From assembly GCF_001194135.2 (NCBI RefSeq), contig NC_068994.1, positions 39,163,799-39,227,798 of the forward strand: DNA of 64,000 nucleotides, read 5' to 3'. A model generated the notes under the pieces. It did no database searches. It was not told the origin of the DNA and was given only the letters and a program-made list of their open reading frames with translations. The position numbers and the translations under genes were made by a program. Of this stretch, positions 12,901-25,861 are shown in pieces; position 1 is the first letter of the stretch; each line of letters begins with the position of its first letter. The DNA is from Octopus bimaculoides (Eukaryota).

Positions 12901-13800
12901 AACTATAACATTTTAGAGGAATAAAAGGTTTTCCTCTGTTTGTAAAGTATGTGCATAAAATGGGAAGAAATTATGTCTTCATGTGCATGTGTGTGTGTGT
13001 GTGTGTGTGTGTGTTATAACAAATAATAGAGATTAATAAATCCAGGCAGATATCTTGTAAGCTCACATTGTTAAGCAAACTCAATTTACTACATCAAACA
13101 ATCAGATACCAATAGATCCAAGTGGAATTAGAATTCACAGTATTTCCTCTGGTGTGACAAGTAAATCCAAAGATTACATGGAAGAATTTGAAGAAATCCA
13201 GAGCATACAACAAAATGAACAAGAATGGAGAATATCACATCTTTATTTGAGGATTACATCATATATGGCCAAAGACTGTTTCTATTGTGTAAGCAGTTTT
13301 AGACATAGTAAAAGGTACAAAATACAAATGGATCCATATTGGATTGATTGTTAAATTCAATATATCCAAAATTTATATGAACATAATGTTATCAAAGCTT
13401 GAATTCAAAGTGAAGAGATAGAATGGCTACAATACTTGAATGCAGGAAAAAAGAGGGTTAAGTATAAATATTATATACTAAGAAAAGCCAGTTTAATATT
13501 TAGGTAGGCTAAAAGGAAAATTTTTTTTTTAAATTAGAAAAAATTTGCTTGTTAAATGACCAGAAGAGCGATTATAATGAAAGTGCTATTTATTTTTGAA
13601 AAATTTTTTAAATTTTCTATATTTCTGAGAACATTTCAATATAAAATTGGTTCTAGAATTGATAATTTTAATTTTGAAGTAATTATACTATACATTTCCT
13701 CAAGACAAAGATCACTTTTAAAATTACCATTTCAAATTCTAACTAATGTTTCCATCTTTCAAATACCAAATGCATCTTAGTAAATGCAGTTATATATATA

Positions 13801-14172
13801 TCATCATCATCATCATTATCATCGTTTAACGTCCGATTTCCTTGCTGGCATGGGTTGGACGATTTGACTGAGGACTGGTGAGCCAGAGACTGCACCAGGC
13901 TCAATCTGGTCTGGCAAAGTTTCTACAGCTTGATGCCCTTCCCAATGCCAACCGTTCTGAGAGTGTAGTGGGTGCTTCTTATGTGCCACCGGCATGAGGG
14001 CCAGACAGACAGTTATGGCAATGACCGCACTCATGCACAAAAAATGTTTTTACATGCTACCTACACGTGCCACCAGCATGGGAGCCAATCCATGGACCTG
14101 GCAACGGTCATGCTCGGATGTGCTTTTAACATTCCACTGGCATGAGTGCCAATCAGGTGGTACTGTCATTGA
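13801..14172 (-). mobile_element. RTE-like 3' fragment (V-like motif plus degenerate hairpin units) with a 23-bp TSD
   Basis: It begins with (CAT)n on the plus strand and is flanked by ATCTTAGTAAATGCAGTTATATA (13774-13796) and ATCTTAGTAAATACAGCTATATA (14185-14207). Confidence 0.8.
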
Positions 14173-14877
14173 AATATATATATAATCTTAGTAAATACAG
14201 CTATATAAATAAAACTATTTGCACACACAAACTACAGAACAGTAAAGTTAACCCACAGCACCATTTCTCCAAAGATTTTCTGAGAAAAGGGTCCTAACCC
14301 TAAAATATTGAAATACATGTACAAACCATTGCTTTGTATTATTTCTAACTTGAATTGTTTTGGCTTCATAAAAAAGTTAAAAACATTTATATACATACAT
14401 ATATGTAGGTATGTATGTCTGTATGTATGTATGTATGTACGTACATATGTATGTATGTATGAATGTATGTACGTACATATGTATGTATGTATGTATGTAT
14501 GTATTTGTTTGTCTGTCTGTCTCTCTCTGTCTCTCTCTGTCTATATATATATATATGCGATATATATTTACGAAAGTAATTGTGTATTTATGTGTTATAT
14601 ATACATTTATACATATATGTACACACACACGTGTGTGTGTGTATTGTGGATGTTTATGAAATGAATAATATTGTGCTATATAAAATGAATGTCCTAGTTA
14701 TCATAAAATTAAGAGATACACTATATTTATATCAATTCTAAATGAATAATTAGTGTTATTTCTTGTACAGCTATTAACTATATCCTTATTATCTAGTTTA
14801 TGAAATACATCAATATTATAGAGATAAATCAATAGTATACAACAATTATTTTTATGAGAGGTATCTGTGTTTGTGAG

Positions 14878-14916
<39 letters not shown>

Positions 14917-16980
14917 ATATATACATGTATATACATATATGAATATGTACGTGAGTATATTTACCTATGTATTTATAAGTATATATGTATATTCATATAC
15001 ATTCACACACATACATATTTATATGTAAATATATGTGGATTATGTGGATGTAAACACACAGACACACACATATATGTGTGCCTGTGTATGTATGTGCAAG
15101 TATTTGTTTTGGAGACAAAATCAGTATGATATTTACAACAAAGGATTGTGACAACTAAAGAAAGGAAATACCTATCCAACTTCTACAAATATAGGAGAAT
15201 GGATGTGAAGTCATTGGTAATAGTGATGATGTACAAGGACTACTAAATATTAATAATAAATTATTGATAATGGCCACATTCCTCTTCAATAAAATGTGTT
15301 CTCATATTGGAGGTTTTATAATAGTGGTTTCTAAGACAGAGAGAAGGCCATAGATTTGGTGTCAATTAAACTGTCGATTAAATTGATTCCAGTTTTTAAA
15401 TGAAAGTCAAAGTCAACCTCGGAGGAATTTGAACTCAGAATATACAGTGACCTAACTAAATGCAACCTTCAGTCTGTCTTGTTTCTATTGTAAAAAAATT
15501 GCTCAATAGATCTTATAGGAATTATCTCATTTGCTTCTTATTATTAGATTTTGTTGTCTAATTGTTTGGTCTATCCCAGTTGATTAAACATGTTCAACTC
15601 ACTATGTCTTACATTTTAAAATCCTTCTATAATCTCACTATAGTACCACTAATGGCCACATTAATATAACAAAATTCAGTGAACTATCTACTAATTCATT
15701 ATCATAATTTTAGCATTCACTTTTCCATGCATGGGGCAGACAAATTTGTTGTGGAACATTTTTACAGTTTGACTTACACTTGTTTTCAACCTAGGTAATA
15801 TTTTGTCTAGTCCTTTCAGCATAATGGCCTTACATGTCACAATGCCCTTCACTAACCAAAACACATACTAAGTGGAGTCTGGACCTACTAGTTTGTACTG
15901 GCATCAAGTTGTATTAAGTGTAATAATGAAATCAAACCAAATAGTGATATTTTGAAATCATTTAAGATATATGTTTCAAGTCTGCATAATATATAAAAGG
16001 AAATGTATACAGTATGTAAAATCTTTCTCAGTTAGAACAATATGAACCAATTGATGGAAATATGTCAGTATATATGGTTAGGGCAGTAAGTTTTCTACTA
16101 GGTAAGGAGGATTAACAACTATAACTTCTTTCAGTTCCCATCTATGAAATCCATTCACAAAGCTTTGTTTGACCCAGGGCTATAGCAGAAGATAACTTCA
16201 AGGTGCCATGCAGTGGGACTGAAACCAAAACCACGTGGTTGAAATGCAAACTTTTTAAACCATATAGTCACACCTGTGCCTTGCTATGCCTTGGTACACC
16301 TGCATCTTGCCACACCTGTATTTCCGACCCATGCAAGGAGGGAAAAGTAGATCGATGTTAAAATGATAATGATGATGATGATGGAATATATGTATCTCTA
16401 TGTAACAAGTGCTGTTCATTATGCATTTTCTAATATACAGTATACTTATGTATTCTATAGAACAACAAAATGAATTGTAAATAAATTTTATCAGAAAGCA
16501 AGAGGGATAGTAATACTGGAAGGACAGGGAAAATATACAGAAGCAAGAAGAATTTAAGAAATGATTTGAAACAGAGTAACAAACAACTAATGGACTGAAA
16601 AACAGATTTATAAAACGATTGATAGGTAGGATGAATTTTAAATGGAATGGGAAAAATGCAGAATAATTAAGCATTAAAGAAAAATAGTTATTCACTCTTG
16701 CTTCACAACAGCATTTTATAAATCTGACATCATGAACCCCTTTGTTAAATCTTTAGGTATGCTAATTAATGCTTCAACATGATACTTTTAGTGCCAAAAA
16801 ATAATTACCAAAAAATCAATAATATTTCGAAATTGAATTTTTATACATTTTCAAAATGGTATAACAATCAGGATCACTTATTGATGATTTCCATCTCTCA
16901 TCATGCTTTTGGCAAATTGCTTATTATTGGCTCCAGTTCTTAAGGGGTTAATCTAATGTCTCATTAAATTGTGAGGAATA

Positions 16981-17737
16981 TCATCATCATCATCATCATC
17001 GTTTAACGTCCGCTTTCCATGCTAGCATGGGTTGGACGATTTGACTGAGGACTGGTGAAACCGGATGGCAACACCAGGCTCCAGTCTGATTTGGCAGAGT
17101 TTCTACAGCTGGATGCCCTTCCTAACGCCAACCACTCAGAGAGTGTAGTGGGTGCTTTTACGTGTCACCCGCACGAAAACGGCCACGCTCGAAATGGTGT
17201 CTTTTATGTGCCACCCGCACAAGCCAGTCCAGGGGCACTGGCAACGATCTCGCTCGAGAATCCTACAGGAGCCAGTCAGGCGGTACTGGCAACAGCCACG
17301 CTCAAAATGGTGCATCTCATGTGCCACCCGCACAAGAACCAGTCCAGGGGCACNNNNNNNNNNGAGGACTGGTGAAACCGGATGGCAACACCAGGCTCCA
17401 GTCTGATTTGGCAGAGTTTCTACAGCTGGATGCCCTTCCTAACGCCAACCACTCAGAGAGTGTAGTGGGTGCTTTTACGTGTCACCCGCACGAAAACGGC
17501 CACGCTCGAAATGGTGTCTTTTATGTGCCACCCGCACAAGCCAGTCCAGGGGCACTGGCAACGATCTCGCTCGAGAATCCTACAGGAGCCAGTCAGGCGG
17601 TACTGGCAACAGCCACGCTCAAAATGGTGCATCTCATGTGCCACCCGCACAAGAACCAGTCCAGGGGCACTGGCAACGATCTTACTTGGCTTGCCGGGTC
17701 TTCTCACGCACAGCCCATTTCCAAAGGTCTCGGTCCG
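16981..17737 (-). mobile_element. 5'-truncated RTE-like LINE: ORF C-terminus, 3' UTR with hairpin array, V-like motif and (GAT)n tail; 307 bp are duplicated across a 10-N gap
   Basis: The minus-strand 5' end encodes TDRDLWKWAVREKTRQAK*, resembling the RTE-clade C-terminal DRxxWR motif. 17047-17353 is repeated at 17364-17670. Confidence 0.8.
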
Positions 17738-17893
17738 TAAAATGAAAAATTATAGCAACATTGTAATCATTTCAAGATTTAGTATGTGAGAATTGATTGA
17801 TATCTTGAACCTCTGTCAAGCATATTCTTGCACATGACATTAAAAAAAGGAAGTTATGTTGATGTGTATATGTACACACACACACATATAAAT

Positions 17894-18108
17894 GAGGGGT
17901 TACTGAAAAGTTCTTAGTTTTGGGTAAAAGGAAATACAGGAGGATCAGTTAATTATGATTTTATTCAACATATTCCTCTCTCAGATTCACATGCTTATTG
18001 CAGCAGTCCTTCAGTTTTTCTAAGCCCTGTAAAAGGACATGGATGGTTGGGCTCCCAACCAGGCCTTTCATGATAACCTTAAAATCAGGGACTTTTCAAT
18101 ACCTCCTC
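17894..18108. mobile_element. Mariner-type MITE
   Basis: Imperfect TIRs GAGGGGTTACTGAAAAGTTC / GGGACTTTTCAATACCTCCTC in a TA-rich context. Confidence 0.7.
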
Positions 18109-18116
18109 ATATATAT

Positions 18117-18162
<46 letters not shown>

Positions 18163-18171
18163 TTATATATA

Positions 18172-18760
18172 CAGTGGGGGGAAATAAATATTTGTACATG
18201 TCAAAATTCTTTATTTATTTAATTTCTAATGAACATAAATGGGACATACCAATACTATATTTGCATGCACATGCATAAACTAAGAATATACAAAAGAAAC
18301 AAATAAATTATAGTAACTAATGAATTTATAGACAATTATAAATATTTAAGGGTGAAAAAAGTATTCGTACAGAATAAATTTAGGAGTTTCTATGCCACAA
18401 AATACTGTTAAAATAATTTTTTTTTACTAGAACATTCTCGTTTGTTCCAATAATCTTATCAGTGGTCATTTTTAAGTGTCAAAACGCTAGCTTCTTCATT
18501 CAGCACTGAGACAGCATAAAGTAGTGTCATAATAACGGCGAAAAGTAAAGAACTCACAAATTCAGTGAAAAACTTAATTATTGAACAGTGGAAAGCAGGT
18601 AATAGTTACAGGAAAATATCAGAGACCCTTTGTATTCTATTTTCTACCATATCTTCAATTATTCAAAGATATAAAAAATCAGGAACAGTTGAAAACAAAA
18701 TAAGATCTGGTGCACCATGGGTCTATCAGCTGCTACTAAATTCAAACCATGATGAACAGA
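18172..18760 (+). mobile_element. Tc1 element 5' portion: TIR and N-terminal HTH of the transposase
   Basis: It starts TA|CAGTGGGGGGAAATAAATATTTG. Bases ~18537-18718 translate as AKSKELTNSVKNLIIEQWKAGNSYRKISETLCILFSTISSIIQRYKKSGTVENKIRSGAP (Tc1 paired-like HTH with a GRP-like end). Confidence 0.85.
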
Positions 18761-19088
18761 GGAGATGGCCTTGAAGTCAACGATTTTAAACTAATGGAGA
18801 CAGCACTTGTATATTGCCTGAGGAAACAAAACTAAATCTCATTACGCAAACAAATAGTTGCATAATCAAATACCTATATTCCTGTACAAGCGAAACAATT
18901 GTAGTGAATAATAAATAAATGTCCAACAATACTCCCTCTTCTTCACTTCAATTTTATAGTCACATGATGAATGCCCAAATTTAAACTTGAAAGAATATAA
19001 TAATACTACTGACAGTACTGGGTAATTCTGATGGTGGAAAACCTTTATACTGTACTCTATCATGTTCCTAAGAGACTATAACATAACT

Positions 19089-19408
19089 ATATATATTTCA
19101 TCATCATCATCATCGTCATCGTTTAACGTTTGCTTTCCATGCTGACATGGGTTGGACGGTTTGACTGAGGACTGGCAAGCCAGTAGTCTGCACCAGGCTC
19201 CAACCTGATGTGGCAAGGATTCTACAGCTGGATGCCATTCTTAACGCCAACCACTCTGACAGTGTAGTGAGTGCTTTTTACATACCAACGGCATGGGAGC
19301 CATTCAAGTGGTACTGGCATCGACCACGTTCAGATGGTGCTTTTCACATGCCACCAGCATGGGAGCCAGTCAGGGGGCACTGGCATCGACTATGTTCAGA
19401 TGGTTCTT
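19089..19408 (-). mobile_element. RTE-like 3' fragment, diverged subfamily with two hairpin units
   Basis: (CAT)n, V-like motif and GCCAGTCAGGGGGCACTGGC-type units. Confidence 0.8.
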
Positions 19409-19755
19409 ACACTATATAGCTCTTTTCTTAGTATTGAGTACTCTCTTTTTGCCTTGTTAACAATCAAGTGTCCAGAAAGGGCTTCACAACTTGTAGAGAA
19501 AAGCTATACAACTTAGCATGAGTGTCATAATAGTCATTACCATCAGAATACAAAAAGCTGGAAGAAATACAGTCCAGCTCTTGATCAGTTCCCATCTCTG
19601 AAGGACCAAAAAGTAAAGTTTACCCCAGTGTAATTTGAACTCAGAGTCAAAGTAAATAACACATGGCATGCTGACTCTCTACATAGATAGATACATACAC
19701 ACATATATACATATATATACATGTATACACAAACATACACATGCATGCATGTATA

Positions 19756-19805
<50 letters not shown>

Positions 19806-20829
19806 NNNNNNNNNNNNNNNNNNNNNNNNNNNNNNNNNNNNNNNNNNNNNNNNNNNNNNNNNNNNNNNNNNNNNNNNNNNNNNNNNNNNNNNNNNNNNNN
19901 NNNNNNNNNNNNNNNNNNNNNNNNNNNNNNNNNNNNNNNNNNNNNNNNNNNNNNNNNNNNNNNNNNNNNNNNNNNNNNNNNNNNNNNNNNNNNNNNNNNN
20001 NNNNNNNNNNNNNNNNNNNNNNNNNNNNNNNNNNNNNNNNNNNNNNNNTATATATGTATGTATATATGTATTGAGAGGGCTAAAGTGACCATGGACACTG
20101 CCTTTCACTCTTGACTAGCTAATAAGAAAAAGTAATATAAAACTCAATAACTAAGAAAGATATTGGTGTTCGAATGTTTACAGCAATTTTACTGCAAGCA
20201 GTTAAACACACAATGTGCTTAGATCAGCAGCTTCTGATGTATGGAAACTACTCTTTCAGGCTGCACATTGATGAATAAATGATTGTGTAAAAACTGCAAT
20301 AATAGCTATGACAAAGCTAAGGGTGTTGATCATGATAATACTATGATAAATCTACATGTTTGTATTTGCACTGGTGTAAATACAAATAGGAAAAGTAAAT
20401 AAGACTACTGTTGAAAGAAGTCCTTAGATATATCCTAACAAATAGAAAATTAATAGTAGATTTGTCAAAATTATACTGCCAACGATGTATAAAATGATAT
20501 ATAGACCATTTGAAAGCTAACGCAATTTTCTTACCGAAATCAAAATAATAGCTTTAGCAAACATATTTAAAGACATTAACATTACTTGGATTGTGTTGCA
20601 GTAATGTAAATATATGATATTATTGATATGGTATTGAAAGTTGAATGGTAAATTCTTTTATGACAGTGCAGCAATCAACAGAATGACATTTATCAAACTT
20701 AAGAAGAAACCAAATAGTTAGGATATCAGCCTCAAAGCTATAGTTCGAACCATATCATAAAAATTCTATTGTCTCATTCTTCTTTTAGTCTATGTGGCTT
20801 CAAATAAGTCGATTCCTTCTTTAATATAG

Positions 20830-21190
20830 GCACAAGCATAGTAATGTGGCCAAGAAGTTCACTTTATAACTACTAGATGCGGGTTCAGTCCCACTGCACA
20901 GCATCTTGGGAAAATGTCTTCTGTTGACAAATGCTGTGTAAATGAATTTGGTAGATGGAAACTATGTTGAAACCCACTGTGCACGTGTGTATGTGTGTGT
21001 GTGTGTGTGTGTGAGTTTTTGTTTTTGTCTCTCACTGCTTAACAACTGGTATAAGATTATGTACATCCCCATATATTAGTGATTCAGCAAAAATACAAAA
21101 CAAAGAAGACTAATAATATAAGTATTAAAATCGATTTGATTCACTTAAAAAGGAAAAAAAAACCAAGGCATGCCCCAGCATGACTACAGC
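20830..21190 (+). mobile_element. CORE-type SINE, older copy, directly followed by a younger copy
   Basis: Diverged match to 21197-21608; the two lie head-to-tail. Confidence 0.75.
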
Positions 21191-21196
21191 TTTTCT

Positions 21197-21608
21197 GGAG
21201 TGGCTGTGTAGTAAGTAGCTTGCTTACCAACCACATAGTTCCGGGTTCAGTCCCACTGCATGGCACCTTGGGCAAGTGTCTTCTACTATTGCCTCGGGCC
21301 AACCAAAGTCTTGTGAGTGAATTTGGGAGACGGAAACTGAAAGAAGCCCATCGTATATATCTATATATATATGTATGTATGTGTATATGTTTGTGTGTCT
21401 GTGTTTGTCTCCCCAACATCGCCTGACAACTGATGGTGGTGTGTTTACGTCCCTGTAACTTAGCAGTTCAGCAAAAGAGACCGATAGAACAAGTACTAGG
21501 CTTACAAAGAATAAGTCCTGGGGTCGATTTGCTCGCCTAAAGGCGGTGCTCCAGCATGGCCACAGTCAAATGACTGAAACAAGTAAAAGAGTAAAAGAGT
21601 AAAGAGAG
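21197..21608 (+). mobile_element. Full-length tRNA-derived CORE-type SINE (best copy in the window)
   Basis: It has a tRNA-like head (TGGCTGTGTAGTAAG..GGGTTCAGTCCC), a MIR-CORE-like GGCACCTTGGGCAAGTGTCTT, an internal (TA)/(TG) microsatellite and a (GAGTAAAA)n tail. Other copies lie at ~22050, 22955, 25650, 27100, 32540(-), 45405, 45910, 49265(-), 50170, 51905(-) and 60575(-). Confidence 0.85.
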
Positions 21609-23968
21609 TATATAATAGAAATAGCACCAAAAAGTTCCAGTATGTAGAAATAATGCATTAAATAGTAGATCGGTATCATTTTATATTTTCTTTTCAAGAT
21701 GATGAGTGTTGGAGGGGTTCATATTTGTTTTAGTCAATTCCTATTCAGTTACAGACCTTCTATATGGATCAGGCAAGTATGTCTCACTCATACAATGTTA
21801 TAGCTTTTGTGGCTGGAAACTCAACATAACACCAACTGAATGTGCTGGGTGCATTTTATCAAGATATCCATTTCAAACCAAAGACACTATTCTACTATGA
21901 TTATCATTGAATCTGCTCTTGTATATTAATGAATAGAATCATATTATCTTAATAGCTCTAAATCATATTATTATCTCAATAGCTATGTGAACTCTGTATT
22001 ACAGTCATCAAAATATATTTGCATTTGCATAATTTTCAATAAGCTCAGATATGGCTGTGTTGTTAAGAAGTTTACTTCATAACCACATGGTTTTTGGATT
22101 CAGTCTCACTGTACAGCAAACATTTTTTACCATGGTCTTAGGCTGATCAATACCTTGTGACTGAATTTGTGAATTTGGTAGATGGAAACTACAGTAGGCC
22201 CAGTATGTATGTGTGTGTTTGTATGTACATATGTAGGTATGTATGCATGTATGTATGTATTGTTTAGATGACGAGAATTTAGAAACTTTGAGAGATGTGA
22301 TATAAACTGTTTTTAATAGTGGAGTTTAAAGATAAATCAATAGATAGTGTTTTTAAACATTAGAAAAAAATACTTTAGATTGAATAAGTCAAATGCTTCT
22401 TTGGGACTTCATGGTAAGAACAAAGCTTCTAAAATGGATGGAAGAATTCAAAGGATTGACTTGGTCCAATGGTTGAACATCTATCATGTTTGAGTTCCAA
22501 TGGCAGGTTTTGGCTTTCTCCATCCTAAGTTCTTTTTAGTCCAATATTTAAAAATATTATTATTTGTAGCTTTATATACTTCAAGTTCCACTTTTAAAAC
22601 ATATTATATGTGTGCTGTGTGTGTATTCATGTGTGTGCATGTTTGTATGTGTGCATGAACAAATATCTATAACTTTTATACTTTCTGTGTTGACATTGCA
22701 AATTGTCAGTCTTTGCTCAAAATAGGTAAGAGCTGGCTAAAAGGGAAACCATCCAGCTGAAAAATCCTAACTCAGTATCATTTCCCATCCAAATCATGAT
22801 AGCATAAAAAAAAAATGATTTTTAATTGAATGAGTGTTCAAATATTCTACAGTATAATAATCAGATACCAAAAATGTTTTAGGAAATTGCACTATTATTT
22901 CCTTGTTCTGATATTGAAATCTTTACTATATTTAGAACTTCAAAATTTACTTAGGAGGCACCTTGGGCAAGTGTCCTCTACTATGAACCCAGGCCTACCA
23001 AAGCCCTGTGAGCAGATTTGGTAGCTGGAAACTAAAAGAAGCCTGCCATATATATATGTGTGTGTGTGTGTGTTTGTGTGTTTGTGCCTGTGTTTGTACC
23101 CCACCATTGCTTGACAACTGGTGTTGGTGTGTTTTTGGCCTGTAACCTAGCAGTTCAGCAAAAGAAACTGATAGAATAAGTACTTAACCAAAAAAGAATA
23201 AAGAAATCCTAGTTCATTTGACTAAAAATTCTTCAAGGAGGTGCTCCGGTATGGCCATACTCTAATGACTGAAACAAGTAAAAGATAAACGATAAAAGAT
23301 TCTAGAAGTTATTGAACTAATTTGGTTAAGTTAGGGTTAGAATCAATCAAGGACTCTGAACAAATGATCAATTTTAAAAATCCCTCTAAAACAATTCATA
23401 TTTTGGTTATTTATCTCATTTTCATTTCCCTATTGAAAACTGGTAAGAATTCATTTTGATTTTGTATATTTGGGGCAAACTAAATTTTGGTAGGAGTCAT
23501 TCAGTTCCAGCCTTTTAAATACTGGAAGAATTGAATTCAGCCCTACAAATGTTAAGTTGCTTTCAGAAGTAGAGGTGGCAAGTGGGGAAATGTGAATCAT
23601 TTCCCCCCTTTTTAATGCATAGGAGATTTTTAGTAAAGCAGGCTTATGAATTCCTCATAGAAACTTGAAGGATTTATTCTGATAGCAATGCAATGATATG
23701 TGATTGCAACACTGAATGAATAATGGGTTTTGAAAGACATGAAATATGACTTAAGCAAACAGTTGCAAGCCATTAATGACTTAGAGACAATGCTATTCAG
23801 AACACAATGAATGGCGAGAATTTAGACCATATATGTGTGTATGTACGTATTAATATGCATACATACATACATATATATATATACTATTTATAATGTAATA
23901 TTTACATATATAACATAATATATGAATATGTATATTATTTATATACATATATATATGTATATCATGAT

Positions 23969-24026
<58 letters not shown>

Positions 24027-24115
24027 NNNNNNNNNNNNNNNNNNNNNNNNNNNNNNNNNNNNNNNNNNNNNNNNNNNNNNNNNNNNNNNNNNNNNNNNNN
24101 NNNNNNNNNCATGAT

Positions 24116-24169
<54 letters not shown>

Positions 24170-25830
24170 CATACATACATACATACATACATACATACAC
24201 ATATATATACATACACACATACACATATGTGAATACATATTTGAATGCGTGTGCCTGAGCAAATGTTTATAAGAAGCTTAAATTAGATAACAACAACGTG
24301 CAAAACCTTGGAAATGTTAGGTCTCACAGAAAATACTGTACAAAATGCAAAAATTGCATGGGGAGAAGTGCTAAGTTGATTTCTTTAACTAACTTATGTC
24401 AAGAGGGAAACCTGAGATGTAAAATGAAAATATTGTGAATGAAATTGATAAAAAGATAAAAGAGAATGAATGACAGTCACAACAGAAATTTTATATATCA
24501 TTACTGATTTATTATTTCAGCATTATGTGTATCGAATGATATTCTACTTCAATGTCTTTTAATAGAATAGACTGTGCTGATGTAAGGAAACTTTTATACA
24601 CACACACACACACACCCACACACACACATTCTCAATTATTACAAATAATTATAGTCAAGCTAACAAGCAAGGCCACTACATAGTCATTTGACTTTTGAGA
24701 AATAGCAACCAAATCTCCCTCCAGTCAAGATATAGTGTTTCAGAAAGAAAAGAAAAAAAAGGAAAAAAACACATTGGATAATAATGGTTTCAAAAATTTT
24801 GGCACAAGGCCAGCAATTTTAATGGAAGAGGCAAATTGATTGCATTGACCTCAGTGTTCAACTGGTATTTATTTTATCAACCTCCAAATGGATAAAAGGT
24901 GAAGTTGCCCTTAGCAGAATTTGAACTCGGAATGTAATGAGTCGGGCAAAATATTCCAAAGCATCTTTTCTAGTGATCTAACAGTTGTGCCAGCTTGTTG
25001 CTTTGCCATATTTAATGATATTCCTAGATGTCCTATGTCCAAATAAAAGATAGGATGGTCATGACTGGAAAGAATGGTCAATTTGAACAGGATTGGTCTT
25101 GAAGTTAAACAAAATCGGTAACAACAACCGATAATTCCAAGTCACAGCATTTATGGCACCAGTTCCAAATATCCATATTTTATCTATGTTAGTGTTGTTA
25201 AACACTGTTCAAGAAAACAGTGTTAATTTCAATGAAGGAAAGCAAAATATTTTACACACAATAGACATGCTAATGACCATTTCTACATAATAAATGATCA
25301 TTATTAATATTCATGATGCACAGTTGTTTTAAACTGTCGAAGTATTTGTAAGTTGCCAATAACAGAGAATATTGAGTGATGAAGATATATGAACAGAATT
25401 GCTAATGTGTGCTTGAATGATGAAGAGTAACAACTACATGACATTAAAGAAACTAATACATTATTGGCATGAAGAATTCATGGAATCTTTGTAGTAACAC
25501 ATTATTTCAGAGAACTAAGTACAGAAATATTGAAAAAAACAAAAAACAAAAAAACAAAAAAAAAATTAAATAAAATATTGAAAAGAAAAATAAATGACTA
25601 AACAGTCTATTAGTCAATTGGTAGATTAATTTGTCAGTTTCTGTGCAGGTTTGGCTGTATATTTAAGAAGTTTATTTGTTGATCAAATGGTTTCAGGTTC
25701 AGTCCCATTACACTTCACCTTGGGCAGGGATCTTATGCTATTGCCCTGCTCTGAGCCAACCAAGGTGTTGTGAGTGAATTTGGTTGAAGGAAACTGAAAA
25801 AGGCCCATCAGATATGTTTATATGTATGTA

Positions 25831-25861
<31 letters not shown>

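Noticed and set aside
13100-13450. Possible Helitron coding relic
   Set aside because: Only a vague short similarity, with no diagnostic Rep or helicase motif.
17047-17670. Apparent 307-bp tandem duplication (also 78 bp at 59842-59919 / 59930-60007 and the short repeat around gap 24027-24109)
   Set aside because: The identical copies sit either side of N gaps (nominal 10-N at 17354 and 59920), the signature of unmerged overlapping contig ends.
17055-17789. ORFs MKPDGNTRLQSDLAEFLQLDALPNANH... (also at 5181, 57918, 60969)
   Set aside because: They are antisense readings of a multi-copy retroelement 3' UTR; recurrence reflects repeat copies, not a gene family.
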